DNA of 64,000 bases from Octopus sinensis (Eukaryota), in contig NW_021831284.1 of the NCBI RefSeq assembly GCF_006345805.1, forward strand, positions 744,001 to 808,000. Reading direction: 5' to 3'. Of the stretch, positions 12,326 to 23,076 are shown one piece after another (the stretch's first letter is position 1; each line of letters begins with the position of its first letter). The notes under the pieces are model-generated. The model was given only the letters and a program-made list of their open reading frames with translations, did no database searches and had not been told where the DNA came from. The translations under genes and the position numbers were made by a program.

Positions 12326-12656
12326 TTAATTAGCAGCAGAGTATAAGATGGAATGGTAATTCCCACGCAAGATGGCTATTGATATGCGTTGGAAAAGCCA
12401 TGTCCGTTCCCGATGATCATTTCTCCTTCTGCTTGCCAGGTCCCCCAGTTTAATAAGGAATTTTTTAGTTCTGGGACCGAGGAGTCCCGACGTCTCCACT
12501 GCGATCGGGGCAAAAGATTTCCGCAAGATTGACTTTTAATGTTTCCGCAAGGTTGGCTGCGGAGCCCGGCTGACGTAAAGATGTCTCCGGTGGAGAAGGT
12601 GTCCGTGCAAGTTGCGTCCCAGATGAGCGACTTGCCATTTTTGAAGGGGATAGTTT
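12326..12656 (-). mobile_element. CRE 3' fragment (family E), internally deleted
   Basis: 'IPFKNGKSLIWDATCTDTF' followed by 'FAPIAVETSGLLGP...WLFQRISIAILRGNYHSI'. Confidence 0.85.
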
Positions 12657-13268
12657 TTATTGATACAAAAATTGTGTAAAAATATAAACTGATTTATCCG
12701 ATCTTTGATCTTCAAAAATGTACAGCCCCAACCTTTACAATTATTTATCGTTATGTTACAGTTAATAATATCCAGTCTCTGAATAAATTATATTCAACCT
12801 TTATTCAGAAACAAAAATATTTTTAAAAAACTAAAATTTTTTAACAAGTTGTTATATTTATTTCAGCAACTAATTTTGCCATATTTTCACGGCTTTCAGA
12901 TTACTTTAATCAAATTGAAATTTTATTTAAATATCATCCATTTTCTCAAAAAACCCTTTGCCCTCGTCGGAAAAAATCGGACAAAAAATGGAACTACAAT
13001 TGGGATAAGTTGTTTTATGATATCTATCTAATAGCCCAAACCCTTTTAACGGAATTAAATTGTTAATTCAATTGCCAAACGAAAAATTTATTCAATCAGG
13101 CATGGAAATTTTAATGTCCAAGAAAAATAAAATTTAGAAAAATCTCTCATTAATTTGTGTTTTATGTTGATTCAAAAATGTTTCAAAGGTCATGAACAGG
13201 CAAATTTTACCGCCATGTGGTTACTATCAATGATTTGTTCTTGGAAATGTAGATCAAGTATTTTATTA

Positions 13269-13858
13269 TGTCGCGAGCGCAGCGCGCGACCGAGCGCTAG
13301 ACGCACTTTGACACCTAACAAGCCTATCATCAACAAATATATTTATTAAATTATTTAAAATTTTAACATGATTTAAAATTAAAATTGAAATAACTTAAGT
13401 TTTCCATTGAATCCCATAAAATAATTTATAAGTAGACCTTAATAGAAAAAGTAAAATCAATGAATACTGAACGCTAATTTGGTTTAGGTTGTGAGGGGGG
13501 TAATAATTTGACAGATCTCATTGCTATTTTTTCGTTTTAATCTCTAAAATTAGGTCTTCTAATCAAAAATGAACTGTGCAGACAGGCTTGCTCCTTCAGA
13601 AGATTCTTGTTTTGACATTTTTATAAATTATGAAGCATTTAGATTTTTTCTCATTATTCTAAAATATCAATTATAAATTTTAAAATATTATTCTTATTTA
13701 TAAAATCGGTTTTAAAGCTCATTCTGCTTTGGCATCGATTTTAATTTTTGTTATCGAATATATTTAATCCCAAATACAAGCCTGGGTATTTGTAAATTTA
13801 TAGATTTTTTGATTGATCGGATCTAGAAATTGAGTGGTTGCTCGCTGCGCTCGCGACA
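13269..13858. mobile_element. Non-coding TGT...ACA element with ~23-bp terminal inverted repeats (MITE or solo-LTR-like)
   Basis: Left TGTCGCGAGCGCAGCGCGCGACC; right reverse complement TGTCGCGAGCGCAGCGAGCAACC; TATTA on both flanks (5-bp TSD). Confidence 0.75.
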
Positions 13859-14129
13859 TATTATTTATCAAAATGATTGTGATGTTTCTGGAGATATCAA
13901 TTCCGATGTGACTGTCATCCAATCAAGCTCCAATTCTGAAGGATTGGCCTGCTATTGTTTAAAAAAAAGATCAAGACTTTTTTACCACATTTCAAGAATG
14001 ATCTAGACTCCAATCAGAATAAATAAACAGCACAAAATATGAGTTACTGCAAAAAGAAGACTATTTTCTAATTTATTATTATTATTTAATTTTATTATTA
14101 TTTAACCCAAGAATCACCAACAGTTAATT

Positions 14130-16347
14130 AGGGTAATTAATTATGTGATTCCAACAATCCTCAAAATCTTTCTTAGCTTTTCCCGATGTTGGACTCTGGA
14201 CCCAACGCAAGTGCGGGACGGGCGGGGAGCAGTTTTTGTGAGGAATTGGATTGGCGTGATGTACTTCTGATTGTTGAAGTCTTTTGGCAGGTGGTCTTGT
14301 TGGATGGCTAAGAAACCCTTTCCATCTTTCTTAATAAGTTGGTCAAGCGGAGTTGGGGTAATGTTGTTCAGTTTGGAAATTTTCGTTATGCTAGCCGCGG
14401 CTCGGCATAGTGTAGTCTCAATTTTAAGGCGGTTAGACCATGAAAGATTAGAACCCCAAGCGGCGCAGGCATAGCCAATTGTTGGTTCGATGAATTATTT
14501 GTAGAGAGTGCCGAGAGCCGGGAACGGTGTCTTTAGTCCACCAAAAATCGATTTGATTAGTCCAATTTTTCTCTGACTGGATCCGATGGCCTTCTCTAAA
14601 TGGCAGTAAAACACATGTGGGTGTCAAAAGTGACCCCCAGAATTTTAGGGTTCTTCGTGAATGGGATCTTTTCGTTGTCCAAAAAAAGATCAACAGTAAG
14701 GCTTCCAAGTCTCTTGTCCGACGTAAATAGGGTAGTGGACGATTTTTCGGGGGAGGTGTTCATCCTGTTGTGATATAGCCAAGTTCAAATTTGTGATAAG
14801 AGATCTTGTGTTCTTTTGGAAGCTTCCGAGAGGTCTTGGTCACGTGATCCAATGAGTAGGTCGTCAGCGTAGGCAAGAATGATTGAGTCTTCCATTTCAC
14901 GGTTAGGAATGTCGGATAGGTATAAATTGAATAGGACAGGAGAGAGGGGGGGAGCCTCGGGGAACTCCGTTTGGAAGTAATTTCGAGATTGATTTGATTC
15001 CATTCAGGCATACACGCCCTCTCCTTCCGCTGAGGAAATTCGAAAGCCAGAGTTTTATGTTCGAGTCAATCGATAGGTCGAATATTTTTCGGGTCAGTAT
15101 CTTTCTAGAGACCGAATCAAAGGCCTTCTGAAGATCGAGTGAGCATACAATTGATTTGAGATGAGGTCTAGTTGCAAAACCTTCCATTATAAACTGGGTT
15201 AATGTGGTAAGATGTGTCGAGGTAGAGAAGTTACTCCTGAAGCCATGTTGGATATGGGTAAGGGGGAGAATAGGGGTGATCAAATCGAGAATTAGTTTTT
15301 CAAGAATCTTTGTAATTGAACATAGAAGTGAAATGGGTCTGTAGGAGGAGGGGACGTTCTTCGGTCGACCCGGCTTGAGAATTGGGCGTATAAGAGAATT
15401 TTTCCATATATTTGGTATTTGATTCTGGTTAACGGAATAGTTGAAAATGTTAGTCATTACATCAATTCCGATGGGACCAAGATGCTTTAGCAAGGTTGTT
15501 GGGATCAAGTCTGGTCCACAGGATAGGGATGATTTTGTACTAGTAATCACTGCTGCAACTTCTGCAGGGGATATATAGGTAGGTGTGCTTGATTTCTTTG
15601 GTTTATTGTTTACATAATGTGAGTTTATCTTTAGATAATTCTTGTGGCTGATTCCGGCGTAGAATTTCATGAGTTTACTCAATTCAGGTTGACTTTTCTG
15701 TTCGGAGTCTTTGCAATAGTTGGCGGGTCTGAACTTTTTGAGTGTGTTCCACATGTTTTGGGTAGATTTTTCCTTATCAGGCGTTTTGATTTGTTTTTCC
15801 CATCTTCTTCTTGATGCTTCGGATGCTTAGCGTTTAAGTCTCCGCAAATTAAAAGGTTCTTTAAATTGGATAGCTTTGAGAAGTTTGGATTGAATCCCTT
15901 TGGACAAGACGGAGGGGGTGGAACATATATGTTGGCAATAGTGGTCTTTCCAAATTTAGTATTCAGCGTGATTCCAGATATTTCTGATACGCCCTCCTGT
16001 ATTGTTGCCTTCAGATCATCCGTGGAGTCCGAATAGTGTAAACCGTTTTTGACAATAAATAAAAGGCCGCCGCCAGGTCGGTTTAACCGATCTGAGCGGA
16101 TACAGTTATACCCCGGGAATGAGGGGGTAAGTGAGCAGGGTGTTAATCTGGTTTCTTGTAACGCAGCTACGTCGATGTTGTGTTTTTTGAGGTATGTTCG
16201 TAATTCAAGAATTTTCCCTCTTATTCCATTGATGTTCAGTTGGAGTATGGTTAGGTGTGGTCCTGGATTCACCTCGACATCGCCCGAAAGCAGAATACTC
16301 AAGCCTTTTGTCCACCGGGTGCTGAGATCCCGGGATTGTCGTCGTTA
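14130..16347 (-). mobile_element. APE-RT LINE with an N-terminal 2A (StopGo) motif, degenerate
   Basis: 'LLSGDVEVNPGP-HLTILQLNING..LQET..GDLNAKH' (APE), 'SYRPISLL..QHGFR..LDLQKAFD..NGVP(Q)G..YADDL' (RT); frameshifts and internal deletions. Confidence 0.92.
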
Positions 16348-16529
16348 ATAAATAATTTGTTTTGATTTCGTATTTGGTTATTTTTTTAAAATGAAATTTT
16401 CTTCAGAAATTAATTATATACTTTTTGTACTTTATTTTAACCTTTTTTACTGTATTCTTTTTCTATTTAAATTTATAAAGATCTAGATACAGTTATTTGA
16501 TAAGAAATCATGATGATCAACAAAGGTGG

Positions 16530-18582
16530 CTTAATATTGATATTCGAGAATTTTTTCATAAAAGGAATTTAGTTTTAATAATTAGTTATGGATTTTTAAG
16601 TTGTTGTCCAATAAAAGATTAAAATTCATTTAAAAACGAAAAAATTATTCCGATACCGATAAAATTAACTAAATCCAAAGAATAAATTAAATTTCTAAAT
16701 ATCCATTTTTTAATAATTTTGTGAAATATAATGGATTATTACTCCCTGCCAATACTGGTCCGGGACTAATATCCATTCCATCAATTATAGCTTTTAGGAT
16801 GAATGTAGCCAGTTCTTTACTATTCCAATAATACACATGTGACAACAAATAACGTGAAAAATTATATTTTTTTTCACTGAGAGCATAGTCAAGACGAAAT
16901 TCGAGTCCTACAAGTTGAAGTTTATTTTATTACCTTCCGGAAGAAACAAGGGTTCGTCAATGCTAAAAATTTGGCCAATGCTAAAAATTTCGTAAATGGT
17001 AAAATAATCATGTAATGAAAAATAAAATCCATTTGAATGTAAATAGTGATTCCACCCTCGGTAAAAAATACAATCAGGTTTGAAGAATTGTAGAGACGTG
17101 ATATTCATGACTATTTTTTGTTTAACCACTTCTTTTAATATAACAGGGCGTATATAACAGGAATATCGGCAAAACAAAGGTTCCAACCTATAAGCCTATA
17201 AATACTTTAGATTAAAAATATTTCACTATGAAATCGCTTGGATAAAAAATGTTAAAAAGACGGTAGGGCATCCCATATTTGGGTAGAATATCTTCTTGGG
17301 TTGAAGAATCACAAACCGATTTTCCTCGGAGCATCAAAAACATGGAAATTGGCGACCCAAGCATAAAAAAGTTTTTAATTTTGAGATCTAAAATTGAAGG
17401 TAAGAATAGGTTATTTTTTAAAGATGGATCAATCCAGGTATCCCCTTCCGTAATGAGGTCATAAACGATCAGAAAGCCTAAATTTAAAATAACTTCAACT
17501 GATTATACCTAGAGAATGAGCTACAATTGATATATCCGGAAGATTTGTTTTTTTGTCTTTTCTGTATTCGACAAAAAGCGAATACATTGTGATAATTCAG
17601 TTGTTAATTTCTCGATAATCTATGAATATCAAAAAATTAAAATGACAACTTTGGGTCTAAAATAAGGACTTGTGTAGTATAGGATGTCAAGAACAGAGTT
17701 GTTAATAAAATTACGGACATTTTTATTAGAAGATGGCATTAAAACATCTAATATATCTAAAAGAATATTAAATTTTATTAGAAAAACTTTCTCCCAATTC
17801 GACTGTGCGCCAATTCACTGGCATTAGTTCAATTACTGCGTTTTTATTATGTCCATAACGGTGTTTTAGTTCCTGTTGTATTACATTATTTAAGCTATAA
17901 ACATAAATCTATGAAAATATAAACCTCTCAGATATTTCGATGTAATTGCGTTCGTTCAATGACTGCGCAATCCTCGGAACTACAAAAACAAGATGAGAAA
18001 TTTCTTTTTCTTCTTTCGATTTTTTTGCATTTTTACGATATCCTCGTACTATTTGAAGTGAAGTATCTATTATGTATTTCTATCAAAATAAACTAGAAAT
18101 TCCGATGTTATTAAATATTGATGATAATAAAGTTTTCGATTTTTTTGTAAGGAATATTTTATTTTCTGATTTCCACTTAACTGTATATTCTTCAAGGATT
18201 AGTGGCTCTAAAGATTGGGGAGATAATAAATACTTTTATTTGTCGAGGCGTACATCTCGTAGTAATAGGGATCTATTTGTTCAGCTAGCGATTCAGATAT
18301 GGGCTCATATTTAGGATAGGTAAACCAAGTTCCACGGATAACTTCAAACCATGATTCTTTAAATATAAATAAATTGTAGTTGCCTCTATCGTATATTGGA
18401 AAGCATCTCCGATCGTGTAAATTAACCACAAAAATTCCGCGACGAACTATTACTTCTTTCCATTCCTTGCCACTTCTGTATTCTTCTTCAAGACGAGTTG
18501 TATCATAGCTTCCAAATTTAAAGAAAGAATTGTTTTTTATGTAAAACCAGCGAACTTGCTCCATTAACTGAGTCTTTCGCAT
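16530..18582 (-). CDS. DDHD1: DDHD-domain phospholipase A1 (DDHD1/PA-PLA1-like), copy 1
   Basis: 'RWFY..YDTTRLEEEY..VRRGIFVVNLHDRRCFPIY..IRGTWF', 'VLDILYYTSP', lipase 'SIVAHSLG', 'PIAYRLEPLF'; tiny introns. The 3' end is imprecise and intactness was not verified base by base. Confidence 0.75.
16712..16770 (+). other. 59-bp insert copied from a CFAP206 exon, with ~10-bp target duplication
   Basis: 55/59 identical to about 8268-8326; flanked by AATATCCATT repeats; absent from DDHD copy 2 at about 55665. Confidence 0.85.
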
Positions 18583-18595
18583 TTTATTGTTATTA

Positions 18596-20224
18596 CAGTC
18601 CGACCTCTAATTGGGGCGCACCTCCAGGGGTGGGGCACCTCTTTTTTGGGGAAAACTCTGTTTTGGGGCATTATAAATTTTTTTAACCAAATTATAAAAA
18701 ATCAATTAATTTTAACATCTCTATTTGGGGCATTGATTTTTTATTAAATAAAATTAATTATACCAATTAAAAAAATAAATATTTTAAGACACGTTTCATT
18801 TCAAATTTCTTGTGTAATGCCTTTGAATTATGAAACCAAGTTGAAGATTGCTGATCATCTTTAAAAGAAGACATTCTGAGAGGAGATTATCCATAATGTA
18901 CAATACTAGCAAGGGAACTATTTTTCGTATAAAAAAGAATATTCTTCCATTTATCAAAAAAGGATTTCTTTCCTCATCATTAAGTGAAAATAAAACGGAT
19001 TTGATGAAAAAGTCCTTGATATTTTTCAGCGTCTAAGGGATCAGAATGTTCCAGTTTCTGGAACTCTTTTAAAAAAATTTCCCTAACTGTTTCTTCGAGA
19101 ATGGGCTTAAACAAGTTTAAAGCTTCAAATGGATGGTTAGAAAAATTCAAGCAGAGGCATGAATTAAAATTCCGAACATTGTCAGGCGAATCCGCATCTG
19201 CTGATCATGCGATAATTTTGAATTTTTTATCAGAATTAAATATCAAAGTTGAACAATATGGAAAGGAGAACATTTTTAATTGTGACGAAACTTCTCTTTT
19301 TATCAAACTTACTTCACGTAAATCATTCGTGAAAACTGGTGATTCGGCACGGGGCTTTAAAAGGAGTAAAGATAAAATTACTCTTCATCTATGCTGTAGT
19401 TACACTGGAGAAAAATTTGAACCAATAATAATCGGAAAATATAGAAATCCTAGATGTTTCAAAAATTTTCTCCCAAAATTTATGGAATTTTATACTCTTC
19501 GTCCAAAAATGCGTGGATGACATTTAAGAAAAATCTTAATGTTATTAGATAACGCTGCTTGCCACAAAATATCGACATTTAGCAACGTTGATTTTTTATT
19601 TTTACCAAAAATACGACACCAATACTTCAACCATTGGATGCTGGAATCATTAAAAATTTCAAGGATAATTATTGAATTGTCTAATTGATTTTTTATGTTT
19701 TCAAGACGAACAGGATTTGTTTATAGAGTCTTTATCCAAATTAAATTTGCGGCAAGTGGTAACAATAATCTCAGATGCTTGGAATAATGTATCTGCGGAT
19801 ATTATTTATAACTGCTGGCAAAAGGTTTTTCGACAATCTCCATCAGACTCGAGTTGCATAAATGAATCATCTGAAGAAATATTTAATAATGTTATTGATG
19901 AATGTTTTAATGAAATAGAAGATAATGATCCAAATATCTATGAGAATATAAGCTGCGAACCATCAATATCACAAATTTTAAGTTTGATGGAAAACTTAGA
20001 GACAAACATCTTTGATTTGATTCCAGATTCTCTTCATGATTTGTATGAATTCAGAAAGAAAGTGTCGTTAGGAATTAAAAATAAATATAAATATGGAGAA
20101 AAATTAACTGATTATTTTAAAAAATAATGTTCTTTTTCTTTATTTATTGAGCTTTTTGAAAAACCTCTTTTTTGGGGAAACCTCTGATTTGAGGCACTTA
20201 GTGCCCCATTTAGAGGTCGGACTG
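18596..20224 (+). mobile_element. Tigger/pogo DNA transposon, defective
   Basis: TIR CAGTCCGACCTCTAA..GGGGC and its reverse, TA TSDs; 'FKASNGWLEKFKQRH', 'NIFNCDETSLF', 'KDKITLHLCC..GEK', 'LDNAACH', 'LQPLDAGIIKNFK'. Confidence 0.93.
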
Positions 20225-20229
20225 TATTA

Positions 20230-20960
20230 TTAATAACACACCGCAAAATAACGTTAGTAAAGTTATCTCGATTGTGCCACCCTCTCCTGGATGCGTTTTG
20301 TTAATCGCTTCCAAGTCCTCTGTTCCTCGATAGTTCTCTTTAAGTGCTCAAGATCGTCTTCTGATTCCAGCCCTTTTCCAATCAAAGTTAGATCTTGGTG
20401 CAGGAGGGTTGCTAGATTGATTCGTGGTCTTCCTCGGAAGTTTGTTCCCAGATGGGGGGCGTAGTGGTGTTCCATTGCAAGATTTTCGGGAGTTTTCCTG
20501 TCCATTCTTAGGATGTGACCAAATAAGCCCCATCTATTACTTCTTATTTCTTCGTCCAACGGATGTACATTGTACTTGGAGTAGAGATGTTTGTTTGATA
20601 TGCGTTTTGGCCAAAAGATTCCTAGGATGTATTTCAGCTGCATTCTGTGGAAGGAATTCAGATTTTCCATTTCGTGCACTGTGAGTGCCCAAGAGGAGGA
20701 GTTGTACAATAAGACTGGTTTTACGAACATATTGTATAGTTTGATTTTTAAAGACGCAGAAATTTGTTTGCCTCTCAACCTGTTTAATCTTTTAAGCGCG
20801 AAAGTTGCTAGCGATTTTCTTCGTATCATGTCTTCTGTATCTCCCAAGAGAGTGCCAAGTTTCTTTGTATACCTTCATTTTTCCTCGTATTCGGTTTTCT
20901 CAGTGTTAATTTTTAGGAATGATTTTCAAAGGACCCACACAAGCTTATAATTCTGTCGAT
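20230..20960 (-). mobile_element. RTE-clade LINE 3' fragment
   Basis: 'LKINTEKTE..LGTLL..RRKSLATFALKRL..KIKLYNMFVKPVLLYNSSSW..RWGLFGHILRM..GRPR'; TAA-type tail next to the Tigger TA site. Confidence 0.85.
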
Positions 20961-21347
20961 GTTTATCCGGAAAATATTAGAAAGTATGGGTATAGAACAT
21001 AAAGTCTGGAATGATCCCAGCGGAAAAATGTCCAAAGTCTTGGCTAAAGATAGAACGACGGAGGAATCTTTGCCGAGTATGGCCATTAAGTCAGATTTAA
21101 GAGCGACCACAGAGGAGGCAAATCCTGTGAAATTGACGAGTGTGCTCTTCGAAGAAATTGGCTCTTGGTCGAAGTAGAAAAAACGACTAAGAGCAGACTC
21201 AGTAATTAAAAATTTTATTTGACAATACTACACAAAATACTGTAAACACTCTCGAATCCTCCATTTTTTAAATAAAAATACAAATTTCTTAAGGAAATTC
21301 TCGAATCCGCACATTTACACGAAATTAATTTTTGTAAATTTTCATTT

Positions 21348-22015
21348 TTTTTCAATTTCAGATATTTAATTAACAACGAAAATCGTTAAGTCCCAGCGGC
21401 AAGGACGCAGTGTGCGTTGCCCCGAACAATGGCCAGACCGATGCGCTGGCGGAACCAGAGGCCCTCTCTCGGGTCCTTGAGCCTCCTCCCGATGGACTGC
21501 CCGACCTCGTTGAGGAACGAGTCAGTCTCCTTTCCCGCAGTTCCAGTGGTCTCCAGGGCAATTTCCGTAACGCGGTAGCAATCCGCGAGCGAAGAATAAT
21601 TTTGTATTTTGATCTTTTCGGCGTGGTTTGCAGCCGAACAAGGGTTTGCGGCGGAAGAATGGATCCTCGATTTTGAAAAGGTATCCATAACGGTAACATC
21701 CCATACGAAGGCCTTCCCCGACGGGTACGGGAATATTGTCATCCCGTCTGGCCTTTTGCCATCTCCCCGATCGAGTCCGACCGGTTCGAGGAGGCACGAA
21801 TGGCCCGCCGATTCGAGACCGGCCTTCACGATTTCATTGAGGGCCTTGTGTCTGTGTTCCCTGCCTGCGCTCCTCTTGCAGGAAAGTGGGTGCAGTCCCT
21901 TTTCGTCAACGTCCTCACCGCATCTGCAGCGGTGTTTTGCGCAAACATCCAGGCCGAGACGGTGAGCCACTCCGATGCGTATGAAAGCATCGTCTAGCAG
22001 CCACGTCCCGATGCT
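21348..22015 (-). mobile_element. CRE 3' fragment (family F; RLE domain)
   Basis: 'RIGVAHRLG..CRCG..GLHPLSC..KRPDG..WDVTVMDT..ETTG..RQRIGLAIVRGNA'; A-rich tail; possible ATGAA TSD. Confidence 0.9.
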
Positions 22016-22492
22016 GGAAAGAGTTCATAAAATAACGTAAAATAGCCCCAAATATTGTTAGTTGTTGAATATTAAATTAGTCATTTAACTGGCATATTAT
22101 TGCTGTTCCGCGCTTAATCCAATGTTGGGCTTGCTTTTGCGTTTTAAGAAGCATAGAAATCACGAAATTAGTCGAATGTCCTGTGGTTGATAGAGTTCCA
22201 CGTCTTTCAAGTGTTTTATACACCGGACAGACGTATCTAAGCACATTTACATGAATATAAAAACCTCTGATCATTTACAGCCATATCAGTCTTCTTTTTA
22301 AGAATTATCCAAATTATTGGCAGTTCTTCAAAATATTTTTGGTTTTTGCTCACCAAACATTTTCTAAGTTCAATCAAAACTGAAATTTAACCCGTCAATG
22401 TCCCATCGGCCTCCATCAAGGAAAAGTCCATATACATAGGCTCCGTTTTCGGCTGAACTGTCCAAGGTGTATTGCGTCATAACCTTATTTGT

Positions 22493-23076
22493 CGTGATGT
22501 AATGACAAACCTTAAAGTCAAATGTTAGTAAATCAATCGGAATAACATATTTCCGAGCATAATTCTGCATGACTCCAGTTAAGAAGGCCTGGGTGAAATA
22601 AAATCCGGAAAGCCAAAAAGTGTTCGGTTTCCCGAAATCGTGATGTAATGACAAACCTTAAAGTCAAATGTTAGTAAATCAATCGAATAACATATTTCCG
22701 AGCATAATTCTGCATGACTCCAGTTAAGAAGGCCTGGGTGAAATAAAATCCGGAAAGCCAAAAAGTGTTCGGTTTCCCGAAATCGTGATGTAATGACAAA
22801 CCTTAAAGTCAAATGTTAGTAAATCAATCGGAATAACATATTTCCGAGCATAATTCTGCATGACTCCAGTTAAGAAGGCCTGGGTGAAATAAAATCCGGA
22901 AAGCCAAAAAGTGTTCGGTTTCCCGAAATCGTGATGTAATGACAAACCTTAAAGTCAAATGTTAGTAAATCAATCGGAATAACATATTTCCGAGCATAAT
23001 TCTGCATGACTCCAGTTAAGAAGGCCTGGGTGAAATAAAATCCGGAAAGCCAAAAAGTGTTCGGTTTCCCGAAATC
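22493..23076. repeat. Four tandem copies of a 146-bp unit (dynein exon part plus intron donor)
   Basis: Unit starts at 22493, 22639, 22784 and 22930 (one unit is 145 bp); copies essentially identical; no spacers. Confidence 0.95.

Noticed and set aside
11790-13150. Possible unidentified multi-exon gene broken by CRE remnants
   Set aside because: Some plausible GT-AG micro-introns on the minus strand, but no recognisable protein and no consistent frame.
20959-21177. 72-codon plus-strand ORF next to the RTE
   Set aside because: No recognisable motif; probably a TE remnant or chance.
22493-23076. CRISPR-like array
   Set aside because: Units are contiguous 146-bp dynein sequence with no unique spacers, there are no cas genes, and the context is eukaryotic.
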